A stretch of 64,000 bases of DNA. It comes from Neoconidiobolus thromboides FSU 785 (Eukaryota; Fungi; Entomophthoromycota). The notes beneath the pieces are model-generated. The model was not told the DNA's origin and ran no database searches. It was given only the letters and a program-made list of their open reading frames with translations. The stretch is from NCBI GenBank assembly GCA_025603075.1, contig MU626281.1, positions 62,001 to 126,000 on the forward strand. The letters are read 5' to 3'. The position numbers were made by a program, and so were the translations under genes. Each line of letters begins with the position of its first letter. The first letter of the stretch is position 1. Positions 25,916 through 39,057 of this stretch are shown one piece after another.

Positions 25916-28092
25916 TTAAGGGCTGGTTAGACTGCTAAATTTAAGCCAGAAATTGATTAATACAGCGATAAAAATAACAGCAACTAAAAGTATAGGACCT
26001 GCCCTATCATCGTAAGGACCAGGTTCCCGACGGCGAATCTTTTCCGCACGCCATTGGAAAACGAACAGTGCGTAAACCATAACAAGTAATGCAATTATGG
26101 TAAAAATTAAGCCTGAGATTTGACCAACCCAATCACCAAAATTTAAAAGACCTAAAGCTAAACCTCCTAAAACTAAAGCAAAATTTAACCAAGATAAGAA
26201 GGTACGTTCATTAGCAAAGAACACTTTAGGTTCAACTCGAACTGGAATGGATATTCTTTTATCCACCACTTTATTTCTGTCATTTTGGGCTACTTGATTC
26301 CTTACACTAGTACTTTGCTTTGAAAACAAGTTACTGAATAGGCCTGAACTTGATGTTTGCTCTTGATGTTTTCCATTAAGAAGTAATGGAGCGCGTTCGT
26401 CACTGTTGTTTTGAGCTTTAATAGAGTGACCATTAGACTTCGCTTGTGATTTATTGAAGGTAGAGTAAGATTGAGTAGGTTCATACATATCAATACGTAC
26501 TTCACCATCACGGGATACAGTACTGGGAGTGTCATTAGAAATAGATTGAGATGAATTATCACGAGTAGATGTACCATGGGAAGAAAGTTTGAACGATGGA
26601 GAAGGAGCTCTGCGTATATCCTTGTCCATTTGTGGAAGCCAGAAAGGTAAAAGAGAAACTCTGTTTTCCATAAGAGAGGCAATACCATGGATATACTTGG
26701 AAAAGTTAGGAACTGGCTCAACTAGATGAGAGTTAACCAAATTGTCAACCCATTTAGGAGTAGGGCCTCCAGCACTAGTTTCTAATTTGACTTCAAGGAT
26801 AGAGTAAGGGAAACGCACGATATCAGATGATGGGAGATTACCAAAAGGATATTTGGCTCCTAAATCAGTACGGCGCCAATTATCACCGCGTCGTTGTTTA
26901 TCTAAATTATCTTCTCTAATCATTGCTACTTCTGAATCAAGAGTTATTCTAACAGAAGAATCTCCGGGCATTTGGAAAGCGGTACGGTTATAGAAAGTAC
27001 GAAGTACTGGCTTAAGTTGGCGTTGGGTAATTGCGAGTTGGATCTCATCAGAGAGCTGCTCAATAGCCTCGATTTGGTCTTCAGGAAGTTCATTAGAATC
27101 TTTTAACTTACCTATTGCTCGTTCCATAACCTTTTCATCATTAAGGAAACCATTGACGTACTTCTCTTTGATACGGAATTGTTGTTTGGTATGTGTCTCT
27201 CCCATCCAACCTTCTCTAAGCGATTTCTTTTCAACAAATATTTCACTATTATCTTCACCTCCGAACCAGGTAAGGCAATAAGTTGTTGAATTTTCTTTTT
27301 TCTCAATACGATCATTATAGACATCAAAATTATCATTATCTAAATAAATGGAAGAAGTTCTTGGATCTACTTTTCCTGTTTGGTTGGATTTTCCATTGTA
27401 AACTAATACTGGGAGATTCTTCAATACGTAGAGTTTGAGTTCCATAACGTTATCAGGGTGTACCCAATACTTAACGGTTCGACAGATTCTAGTTTGTGGA
27501 CCATGGGATGGTTGGCCATTCATAATAGGAACGTCGTTACGAACAATAGCATACAATTTAGAAAGCTTCAAGAGAAGCGCATCGAAGTTCTCTTTAAAGA
27601 AAGGTTTACTATTTAAACGAACCAAAAACATTGGCTTTAAGATGTACCCAGCATACTTATCATGCTTTTTGATAATCTTCAAAAACCCAGTATAATTCAA
27701 ACGAGTAAACTTGGCAAGTTCATTAACTTCTGGTATGACTCTATTAATTTCATCCTCTGCATTCTGAATTTCAGAAGAGCTGGCATCGGGATTTGATGCA
27801 ATCCCATTGACCAAAACTTCGCAATGCTGTATACGACGATTAATTTCCCCAGTTTTTATACTTTGAAAAGCAGAAACCTGGTGTCTTTAATAACTGATTT
27901 AAATACAATAGAATTAACAAAGCTTACTTTTTCTAAGTCCTTTTCAAGGAATTCCACAAACCTTGCTTCATCGTCTTCATTAAACTGGGAGGAATCTTTC
28001 GTCCTTATCAAACGTTTAAGACCATCATAGTCAATGTAATAGAATCGCCATTCTGAATACAATGAATTATTAAGCTGTTGACCAAACTTCAT
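25916..28092 (-). CDS. VTC4: Vacuolar polyphosphate polymerase catalytic subunit (SPX-VTC-DUF202, ~708 aa)
   Basis: Exon 28092-27928 ([15 protein letters not shown]), 50-nt intron, exon 27877-25916 ([44 protein letters not shown] plus 3 TM helices). Confidence 0.92.
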
Positions 28093-29530
28093 AATGCTAA
28101 AATATCTTTTATTAAATTTAAAGTTAAGATGTAAAAGATGAAAAAGATGAAAAAGATGAAAATTAAATAAATTTCTACTTCTTATTTAAATTTAATTTAG
28201 AGAGATAATTGGTGTAACGTAACCACAATCTTAGTAGATATTATGCTTAAAAATGAAATTAGAAAATGACCGCGACTTCTTTTTTTTTATTACTATTTTT
28301 GGGGATTTGGGTCATATTGCTAAGGTATCATTTTTACACAAATAGTTCTATTTTTTGTGATTTTTAAATCATCAAAGAATATGATTGCATATTTGTTTCA
28401 ACATGAAATGTATATTGTTATATACTATATTAAAGCTTTAATTTTATGATACTATAAAAATATGATATGATATTTATAATACCAACAATACTAATATATT
28501 AGTGTATGATGTTTATTCTAAAATTATTATATCAAATTAATCAAAGGGCGACAGTTAATTAAAGGGTGAAACCAAGGTTATCTAAATAAAATGAAATGTT
28601 AAGTCATAGAATATGCTTTAATACCATCCCCCTACGATTATTTTTAGTTTACTATTTAGAGCCGATATTCTCAAAAGGTATATCGCTTCAATGTATATAA
28701 TTACGGTTTAGCCATTATAGTAAAGGTTACAGATATTTCAACAACTAATAATAAATATATTCCAACTTTTGAAAAAAAAATACTATTTTGTGCAACAAAA
28801 GTTCCACCTCAGAAAATAATAAAAGGTGGAATTATACAATTCTCGCATCTAATATACTCTAATAAGCCTATCTATATTTTATACACAATTTAATTTGTTC
28901 GATTAATAGAGTGCATTATTAAATAGTTATATTCCTTCATTAAATATGTAATAAAAAATATTAACAAAATGGAATTAAATATATTATGAGTATACTTTAA
29001 AGCGTTTTATATCATGAGTAGGTCACAATCAAAGGGATTTAACTTTAATTTTAAAAATAGATAAAAAAATATCACAAGTTTTATTAAAAAACAATTAAAG
29101 ATTAGGTCTTAAAAAAACCTCGGCCTTCTATATTCATGGATGGTTGTACTCATTATACTTAATTTATTTTTTAAATTATTAATTTTGATTAAACTGTCCC
29201 TTTTTCAATTAAAGTGGTTTGGGCCTTAGTGGAGTCGAAAAGGAGTCATTATCTTTTAAAGAAAGCTGGTTTCTCAATATCTTTAAAACTAAAATACTCA
29301 TCAAAGAATTTCTGCAATCCTCTAACACTCTATTCAGTTCTTCAAATATCTTCATTCCTAAATAAACTATACCTCTCATCATTAGTGTGTAATCAAAAAA
29401 AATGGGTTTATCAAATAAAATTAAGCATAAAATTGAAGATTGTCAATGATTTGTTAACTTTATAATTTAATAAAAAAATAATTTTAAATAAAAAGTTCAA
29501 AAGGGAATTTGATTTTTTTATTGTATTACA

Positions 29531-29996
29531 ATGACTCAAAATTTCTTACAGAATGTATTAGCTCAGTTAGGGTTTTCAGGCTATGAAAGAATAAACGAAA
29601 ATGTAACCCCACCAACAAGTAAACCCCCTAATCCAAAAGGATTTTTTGCTAATGAGAGAACGTTTTTATCATGGTTGAAATTCTCTCTAATCTTAGGCTC
29701 ATTATCAATAGCATTATTAAATTATTCCGATACCCCAGCTGGGTTTTACTCTGCTTCTACTTTTGCTATCCTTTCAGTTGCGCTTATGGTATACTCTTAT
29801 ATAGTTTTCCGCTGGAGAGCAAATAAGATCAGTAATAAGGAGATTGGCTTTTATGGTAATTTAATTTAATTCAATTTTTGAAAACTTATTGACTCATTTT
29901 TTAGATGAAAGATTGGGACCTATAATATTAATTATTTCAGTTATCTTAGGAGTCTCTATTAACTTTTGGCTAAACTTTGCAGCTTCTTTATTATAA
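29531..29996 (+). CDS. VTC1: VTC complex small membrane subunit (DUF202, ~138 aa)
   Basis: Exons 29531-29855 and 29905-29996; [19 protein letters not shown](E)RLGP with three TM helices. Confidence 0.88.
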
Positions 29997-30350
29997 ACGA
30001 CTAACTCCAACCTAACAATCCTTGCTTTGAATAGAGCTAATTTAAACAACTGCATTAATAAAATGTAATATTAATAATAAACATCTTTTTAGAAACTAAA
30101 TGTATAAATTTGAGAACTTGATATTATTATGTAATAAATTCTTTAATATAATATGAAAGGATTAATTCCGTTTTTATTTTTATTTTTATTTTATATTGAA
30201 TATTAGGTTAAATCGAAGTTATTACACTTTAGTTAAAGATACAATGATAACAATTATTGAGGTGAGATATCCCTCAATCATATTTTGTTTGTAAATTAGG
30301 TTCCTATTGTATTACTGATTCATGTTGTTTGTTATTATATTGATTATAAT

Positions 30351-30446
30351 AGAGGGTGTTTTTTGGTTTCATCATTTTTTCCATTCTTCAGATGCTATTT
30401 AAGTGAAAAATTAGTAGCAAAATCAATAAACAAAAAAAGACATTTC
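30351..30446 (-). mobile_element. Degenerate GGGG-MITE copy
   Basis: Core TTTCATCATTTTTTCCATT...TAGCAAAAT recognisable; ends eroded. Confidence 0.65.
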
Positions 30447-30787
30447 ATAAAGCAATTTTGTATTGACTTTAATAGAATAACTTCATATTAACTCTAATGA
30501 GTGATGGTGTATATGAATTTTAAAGCTAAATTATAAAATACTAATCAATTATTAAATCATTTTATTAGTATAAATATTACAATTATTTAATAATAAAACT
30601 TATTAAAATCTGGAGCTAAATCTTATTCTAATAGGAAATGTAGAACATTAATGATAGATTTTTGAAATCTATTAGTCATATTATCTGTACCATCATTTAT
30701 ACAATATATACAGGTTGTTTCTTATAATCATGAAGAAATTTCTATTTTACTTTAAACATAAATTCTTTTGAATTATATATAGCATAT

Positions 30788-30884
30788 GGGGATGGATTTT
30801 TTTGTTTAAGAATTTTACTACAACCTTTCCACTCAAATAGTGCTTAAAAAATGGAAAAATAATGAAACCAAAAAAAACAGCCCC
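30788..30884 (+). mobile_element. GGGG-MITE copy (young)
   Basis: ATAT/ATAT; one mismatch to the 35544 copy. Confidence 0.92.
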
Positions 30885-31534
30885 ATATAGTAATTGAATT
30901 TTTATAACTATTGGAATATATGATATAAATAAGAGTATTTATTTTTAGTTCAATCATTATAATGATATATATGGCTAGCATCTATTTTCCAAAAGAACAT
31001 CTTTATACAATCATTAGGTTTTATTAATATTATACCAGTACTTAAATGTCTTTAATACCACTTCAAATTTTTTAAAATACGGGATTATAAAAACCTCAAG
31101 TTGGTAAGCTGAACATTTGGATAGTTAAAACCCTCCCGAACAGCATCTACTTTATTCTAAACCTAGTATATTTACACTTAATAAAAACTTGATAAATGTA
31201 GTAAGACTATTATCTCGTTTTAGAATACTTTTTTAATCTCAAGGAGAGCTTAGAAGTTATTAAACAAAAGTTAGAAGCTGGAAATAAAGAAATTAAAAAC
31301 TAGAAAAAGACTAGATCTTATTAAACTCAAAGAAGTCTAAAAGCAATAAATTCAAGGATGGTTTTAATACTATAAAAATAATTACGTATCTATTATTTAG
31401 AAATATCGGTATCTATTACAATAACTTTGTTCTAAAAGACTTTATTTTAAATCAAACAAATTCATGTGTTTTATTAAAGATAAAGTTTTTATATTTTTTA
31501 ATAAAAGTAGACTATGAAAATATTATTAGTATAT

Positions 31535-31632
31535 GGGGATGTTTTTTTGATTTCATTACTTTTTCCATGTTTTAAGCGCTATTTGAGTAGAATAATTGTT
31601 AGTAAAATTCTTAAGCAAAAAAATACATCCCT
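31535..31632 (-). mobile_element. GGGG-MITE copy
   Basis: ATAT/ATAT duplication. Confidence 0.85.
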
Positions 31633-31834
31633 ATATTATAAATTGATTAGAGTTTTTTTTATTTAGTTTTATTGTATTGATAATATTAATGCGGAGAAAG
31701 TTGTTCGAAATTACCGTGAACTATGAGAATATTGTATAAATTTATTTTAAAAGGATACTAGAAGTTCAATAACTATATCATTTTATGTAATATCATTTAT
31801 GATGTAGCAAAGCTATAGAATGTGAAAGTAATAT

Positions 31835-31925
31835 AGTAATGTCTTTTCTGTTTCAGCATTTAGCTAGTGATTTTTAATTTTATACTACACAAAAATATAC
31901 AAAACTGAAACAGAGAGACATCCAC
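31835..31925. mobile_element. MITE variant with symmetric TIRs
   Basis: ATGTCTTTTCTGTTTCAG ... CTGAAACAGAGAGACAT inverted repeat, ATAT/ATAT flanks, different internal sequence. Confidence 0.6.
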
Positions 31926-32337
31926 ATATGTATCTATTAAGATAAACGCATTTTCGAATAAGCATTAATTTGAGTTATTTTGTTAAATCTTAGATCATTG
32001 ATCTTAAAACATATTATCTATAGTTTTTATTGGGAAAATTACCAAATCACTCTATATATATCACAAAGCCTTGATAAACGAACCCATTTATCCACCTTCT
32101 CTACGCTTAAACTACCATTATATTTTAGCCTACCAAACTAATTACCGTAGAATCTAAATGATTGGATAAAAATGAAAAATTTCAGAATTAGCCTATTGTT
32201 TAAGCGAATTCAATCTGCGAGTAAACCAATCATTAGTAATAAAGGATAAACTCCAAGACTAAATAAAAAGGTGCGGGAATTGATCTAATCTTTGATCTTT
32301 AATCAATCTTCATTGTTTAAATCTATAGTTAAATACA

Positions 32338-32918
32338 ATGTCTAAAGTCTTTACTAAACAAGAGGTTAGCGCTCACTCATCTGACTCAGATCTTTATCTT
32401 ATTGTAAATGGAAATGTTTATGATGTTACCAAGTTTATTCAAGAAGTAAATATTATTATTATTATTATTTTTTCACATTGATTTATATTTTTAGCATCCA
32501 GGAGGTGAAGAGGTTCTCCTTGAGCTTGGTGGTCAAGATGCTACCGAAGCTTATTTAGATATTGGTCATTCCGAATCTGCTGATAAGCTCCTTGAAAGTT
32601 ATAAAGTCGGGACTATTGATCCAGATTCAGAAGTAAATATAGTTATTTCTTATCAAGAATTCTAACTTAATTTTTATAGCCAGTAAAATCTGAAGCAAAA
32701 GAGCAAGTTAAATCAGCTGCTCAACACTCAACAGGAGGATCAAAGTAAGTTTTTTATACTAATTTATAAACATTATTTTTATTGTAAAAAGGTGCATATT
32801 GTGTTAACATACACTTTATTCGAAAACTAAACTAAATAAATCTATTTTTAGTATTATCCCTCTTCTTATCCCAGTTATCGTTGCTATCCTTTTCTATGCA
32901 TACAAGAATTTTGCTTGA
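32338..32918 (+). CDS. CYB5: Cytochrome b5, tail-anchored, 4 exons
   Basis: [39 protein letters not shown]; C-terminal hydrophobic IIPLLIPVIVAILFYAYK. Confidence 0.93.
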
Positions 32919-34992
32919 TTTAAAATCTCATCATGAAACCCTAACGATATTAGAGGTGTCTCCGTAATAAAATTTACTTTTAATTTTTATAAATGATCTA
33001 TCAGCTTTTGTTTGAAGGTAAACTGATGCATTTTATATACTGACATTACATAGATAGGCGTGTCAATTGAAAATGTCATACTTTTTATTTTTTATTCAAA
33101 AGGCTCTACAATTATAGGTTATATAAATGGTTACTTTTTTATGCTGAATTACGTCCTGATATTTACGGTAATTTACTATAACCAGCTTTATTATATTTAA
33201 ATAACATCTATAAATCAAAGCTGTTTCAAATACAATCAACGTTTTTTAACTTGTCCTTTAGTTTTTACAAAGCATAAAATTGAAGACATAGTAGCAGTGT
33301 TCAAAATTACAATACAGTGGTAGCGATATCGTTATAAGGTATTTATATATGATAAGTAGTAACAAATTGCATTAGATAAGCATTAGAATAAACTCGGTAG
33401 TAAATATTAGATTTATGTTAAATCAAATCAACTAAAATAGAGTATAAGTTAATTTTATTGATATTTAGTATGGAAATCTGATTTTTGTCAAATTAAATAT
33501 CGCTGATATTATATATTAAAGTTTAATAAGCTAGTAGCTTTCAATTTTCTCATGTAGAAAACCTCCAGCCTTTACAGGAAAGTATTTGATAAATCTAACA
33601 AGTATTAAAGATGGCCAAGGGTACTCATGCTGTTTAATGGGGGATTCATAGCTTTGGTTATTATCGACAAATCGTTGATAAACCAAGGTGTTTATCAATA
33701 TAAAATGTTAGCCATTCAAGGCGTAAGGCAAGAAAATCTGCTACCTATCCTTAGTCCCTAAAAGAGTTAATACAATGGGAAAATCGGAAAATATGGTAAT
33801 ATAAATACAAACCGATTTTACTATCTATTCATTACAATCATAAGCTATGAAGATTAATAAAATTTATAAAATAATAAAGTTTCAAAGCTTGATTATGAGT
33901 TTATTTTTAAAGTAACTCTTAAGATTTTAAGAACTTTGAAAAGAACAATTTTTGGGCATTTTTTGTTTAAGAATTTCGCCAATTTTTTAAATTTTAAGCT
34001 TAAATAATGCACAAAATATTTTAAATATGGCAATAGCTAAAAGTAAGTCTATATAAAATATTTTTTGTGATTTTTAATAATATTCTAGAAAACCATATTT
34101 AATATTCTGAATATATAGCCTTACTTTCAGCCAAGTATGCTGATTAAATGCCAAGGATATGCCCTATAAATCTCAAAATTAGCTGTAACATAGACTCACT
34201 TTTATCCATCACTATATTTAAATATTTTCATCTGATAAATAAAATAGATTAAATAATATCACAGATTCTGGCCTAGAGTTGCTGTGTATTTTAGTATAAT
34301 TAAGATAGTTAGATATTGAACCAAATAAACTAAAAGCATTAAATCCAAGAAAAAAAGTTGAAATATTAAGTATATAACAAACAAAATAAATATCTTGTAA
34401 TAAATTAGTTTATAAAAAAATAAACATAGTTTTAAATTTTATTTAAAATCCAAATTTATAATTAATTTATACAAACAATAAACTAAGTTAAATTATTAGA
34501 TTAGATATTTAATAGAAAAAACAAAAATAAAAAATAAAAAATAAAAAGTTTACTGCTTTATTACGTTTCACATAATTTTTATATATTTACTTAGTTTAAA
34601 ATGGCACAAAGCTGAACATAGATTAACCATCTTCAACTAAATCTGTTTAGGAGTAGTAGCTCTTAAACTAAGTACCTTTCGATAATTGTACAATTCAGAT
34701 TTTACCATACTCTAAGCCTTACATTTTCTTCCTTCGTTACCCTTAAACTGATTAGGCTCTATTGCTACTTCTATTAAAAAAAAAGTAATAAAACACCTGA
34801 GAGTCTTTGGGTTAACCAAGATTCTTCTAATTTTATTTTGTTAGTAAAATTATCTGTTAATCTACAATATTTTATTATATCGAAATGCTTTATCTATTGT
34901 CCTTTTTTTGTTATTTTTTAAAGTTTAGAAATTAATTCCTAAATTTTTAAAAATAAAAAGGACACAATTGGTAAAAAAATATCGCCCCATAT

Positions 34993-35089
34993 GGAGATGT
35001 TTTTTTTGATTCCATTACTTTATATTTTTTAAGCGCTATTTGAATGGAAAAATTGTTAGTAAAATTCTTAAACACAAAAATACATCCCC
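34993..35089 (-). mobile_element. GGGG-MITE copy
   Basis: ATAT/ATAT duplication. Confidence 0.85.
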
Positions 35090-35543
35090 ATATATTATTG
35101 AATATCAAATACTACTATGGCCAAAATTTGAACTATATTTTATGAAAATCAAAACTAGAATTTGTAAAAATCGTTCATTCTTTGGCTTAATTCAGTCCTA
35201 ACACCTTTATACACGTCATAGCGACAATTAAACAAAAGTAAAATTGTGATTTTGACAATTTATTAAAATTAGCATAGTAATTAAGCAAAAAAAGAAACCT
35301 AGGTTTAAATAATTTACTATTTTTAAAGTTAAAGCTTTTTACCCTTAAAGTTTTTATTGAAAAACAGCTTACAAAGAAACACAGATCAATCTTTTTAGTG
35401 CTAAATTTTAGCTCGACTAATTTAAGATTGTAAAAAGCTACATTTTTTTTAAAGGGAAAACACTAATTTTAAGAAAACTTGAAAAATAGCCTAAAGGTAA
35501 ACATTTAACAGAAAAAAACTGAATTCTTATAAATGAAGGATTT

Positions 35544-35640
35544 GGGGATGTATTTTTTTGTTTAAGAATTTTACTACAACCTTTCCACTCAAATAGTGCT
35601 TAAAAAATGGAAAAATAATGAAACCAAAAAAAACAGCCCC
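35544..35640 (+). mobile_element. GGGG-MITE copy (young)
   Basis: ATTT/ATTT duplication. Confidence 0.92.
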
Positions 35641-38421
35641 ATTTATTTCTAAATTAAGGGGATGTTGGTTTGTCTACATTAGTCTATTTCGCTGTTATAA
35701 ATAGTATAAATAAATTAATTTATATAAGCTTCCATTTATTAGAAGTTATTATAGATTTAGGAAGATTTCTTAAACTGGCAAATGGATCAATTTTATTGAA
35801 CCTTTGTTCGAAATTTCCTAACATACTTTTAAATGCGGCAATAGCTAATTTTACTACCACTCTGTATGATTCCCATCCCCTTAAGTAAAACTTTTATGAA
35901 GCTATAATGAACACATTTTTCATCAGTCAATTAACTTCAAACAAAATTTAGGCTAGACAAATATATGGTGCGAATAATTATAGAAGTAAGTAGTTTTTTT
36001 TAGCAATAAAATGCGCAACAGAGTTTTAGACTCACAAGTAGCGTGAAGATGTTCTTCATATATAAAGTTAAAGTTGCTAAAATAAACAATAAAGGTGTAG
36101 TGGCTTTTAAATTTGTAACAAGATTTATCTTTATGTATAGTTCTTTAAAAGCCTGCTTTGTTATGGAGTCAGATTGAATATTTAACCTTAATAGCTTTAT
36201 CAAATCAGTACGACTTTAAACTAGACCAATTCTATTCTGTTTGACATAGGCCATGGAAATAAATTCCTCGATTATCTTCAAATGAGTTGTACTTGTTATA
36301 TTAAATAAGTATGAGCTATAAAATTCTCTCTATTTGGAATATTCACTTTTTTGAGTAGTCAAAAATGTTTGAGATTATTGCATATTAGATCATTATAATT
36401 ACTTAAACCAAACTATAACCCATTTTTTAGACATTTTTAATTATACAGGCTTGGTAGAAAGAACATTTTAGTATAATATTTGGCAAGTATACTTCGGCTT
36501 TAAGTGAGGTATGAATCAATTCCATCAAATATTTAAGGCTGACTAAGATTCCAATAATAATGCTTGGTAACTACATGTATCTATACTTGAATCCTTTTTG
36601 AATTAATCCTTAAAATGAGCACAGCACCATAACAAATAAAAATTAGAGCTTGTTTATTTCGCTATTAACTCCATGTTGTTAGATAGTTCTGTTTATTTTA
36701 TGGCATGTGAAAAATGTAAGTTGAGTATAGATATAGTTAACTGTTTTACTAAGGTATTGGGTTACCTATTATGCAAAACCTTCTATCTAAGAAAGCAGCT
36801 TCAATATATTAGTAATTTAATAGGTATATATTAGAAATAGAGCTGTTTCGTTTAATTTACTACCTATAATATTTTGAAATTCCAATTTATCTCAGGAGTC
36901 TGGTTTTGGGGTAGTTTTTTCATTGCGTTATAGCATTTGTTATTCTAGCTATTAGGTTTGGTGCCTTTATTGGTTATATTAATGCATTAGGCCAATCAAA
37001 TGATATGTAATCCAATTTATAATGTAATGTATTCGGTATTGAGAAAAATATGAATTAATACCCTGTCTACTTTAACTTTAAAAAAGCTACCAAAGAACTT
37101 ATTTAGTTTTAAAGTTAGTCACATTTTAATTCTAGTAATACCTTTAATTCAAAAAACGCTTACTTTGTTTACACAAGTCTACATACCCTTTCCATTAGTG
37201 TTAAATGTTTACAGTTTACTACCCTGTCAAACTAAAGTAGAAAAAATCTATTTTTTTTATTTTGCCCCAAAAATGATTTGTATATTGATAAGAACATGGG
37301 TCATGATAAAGCACCATTCTACGATCATATGGGTTTTGATAGTGAGAAGAATACTAGATAATCAACATGTAATTGGTACAGCAGATACTGCAAATGTTTC
37401 TTTCTAAAATTTGCTATGTACAATTCTGTTTCATCCTTTTAATTTTAATATATTGTCCAAATATATTGAAATCCCAATTAAAAAAATTAATCACCTGAAC
37501 TTTTTTTAATTTTTATGAAATAATTCAAATGTTGTTTTTTAGCTGTATTTATGTACAACTTTAATATCATTCCATTTCTAAATAGGCTTTTGTAATATTC
37601 AGAAATAGAATAAAACAAAAAATTTCACAGAGTACTTCACAGACTTATATTAGTTTATACTCTGGTACTTAGAAACTAAATCATTAGAATTATTTGTTTT
37701 GTTCTTGAAGCTTTAAACTTAGTCTATCTTACTTTAGATCCCAACTATTTAATAGGTCTCGGTTCACTTATAAGAAGCTAAATAATAATTTTTTATCAGT
37801 GCTCCAGAAAACAATTATTGGGAGATATAATTGATTTGAGTTAACAATACCGCTTTTATCTAATATAACTTAAACAAAGCCATAATCTCAACTATTAGTT
37901 TTTAATACGTAAACCTGATAGAAATAAAATTAGGATCTAACAAAATCTATACTTCCAAATTTATGTTTATAATATTACAAAAGTTTATATAAATGTAAAT
38001 TTTTTATTGTTTTAAATACAAGAAAATATATATTTAGGAAACTAGGGACTTAATGATGTAAGCTCCAATACATTATTTATTCGCTATAGTTTAAATCTTT
38101 GGGGCAGCTTTTACCTAAATAATAGGTTTTTTGAGGGACTAAACTGGATATTTCCAATTTAACACTATTGAATAGTCAAGTTTAGAAAAAGAGGTAATCT
38201 AAAAATGAGTAACACGCAAAATAGCTTAATTTGTCACTATTTATGGAATAGCATTAAAAATTCTTAAGTTTAATTTAAGTTAGGTAATACAGCGTATAAA
38301 CTTTAAATACATCACTTCAAGTAATAAATGCTTAAATTTGAAACAAGGAACTAAAAATACGGGACATCAATCAATCAATAAAAAGTTTTTCTTATGTTTT
38401 CTCTCTTTTTAACATTCCATC

Positions 38422-39057
38422 ATGAATTCCAAAAACGATCCTGGTAGTTTTATTAAAAAAGAGTCCCATCATTATCATCCATACCAACCTCATCCTTCCA
38501 CCATTCAAAATTCTCCTGATAATAATCCAAATTATGAAGATGAAAGGGTATGCCCAATCCCAAAGCTACTTCATAAAGCTGACACGACGCTCCCATCTTT
38601 ATCTGAGACTTTACCCGAGTTTTTCCCCAGATATACAGGAATATCAAGGAGAAATTCAAACATGGAGATGTATAATATAAACCGTGATATGCTTCCCCCT
38701 TTTTCAGAAATAGACAGAAACTTCCAAATTGGAAAAGGCCATTCTCAACCATTTAAAATGGAGGTAGATTCAATATTCTCGATGGAGGAGGGGAAAAAAC
38801 CTAGACCAAGAAGAAAATACGAGGAAGTACAACGCCTTTATTTTTGTATATATCCAGGTTGTAACAAATCGTATGGGGCTTTGAATCATTTGAATTCTCA
38901 TATCGTAACAAAAGGGCATGGTAAAAAAAGGCTCCCACAGGAATTTGAAGAGATGAGAAGGAAACTGAAGTTACAAACTATGGAAATGGAAGAGGCTAGA
39001 AATCAGCCTCAAAGAGGATTGAACGAGTACAACCCTTATTACTCAAAAAGTGCTTGA
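38422..39057 (+). CDS. CON7: Con7-type C2H2 zinc-finger transcription factor (211 aa, intronless)
   Basis: RPRRKYEEVQRLYFCIYPGCNKSYGALNHLNSHIVTKGHGKKRLPQEFEEMRRK. Confidence 0.78.
   Translation: MNSKNDPGSFIKKESHHYHPYQPHPSTIQNSPDNNPNYEDERVCPIPKLLHKADTTLPSLSETLPEFFPRYTGISRRNSNMEMYNINRDMLPPFSEIDRNFQIGKGHSQPFKMEVDSIFSMEEGKKPRPRRKYEEVQRLYFCIYPGCNKSYGALNHLNSHIVTKGHGKKRLPQEFEEMRRKLKLQTMEMEEARNQPQRGLNEYNPYYSKSA

Noticed and set aside
25916-27877. Higher GC of VTC4 as a sign of horizontal transfer
   Set aside because: Standard fungal SPX-VTC-DUF202 architecture with a host-type intron; codon bias is sufficient explanation.
26302-28030. Overlapping ORFs around VTC4; likewise 17399-17686, 38453-38752, 50484-50741 and 62905-63183
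   Set aside because: Alternative-frame or antisense shadows of well-supported genes.
36000-37000. Possible hAT transposase remnant (SNNM, CCAH, *WN* on the minus strand)
   Set aside because: Motif spacing between CxxH and RWN is about half the usual and matches are too weak to call.
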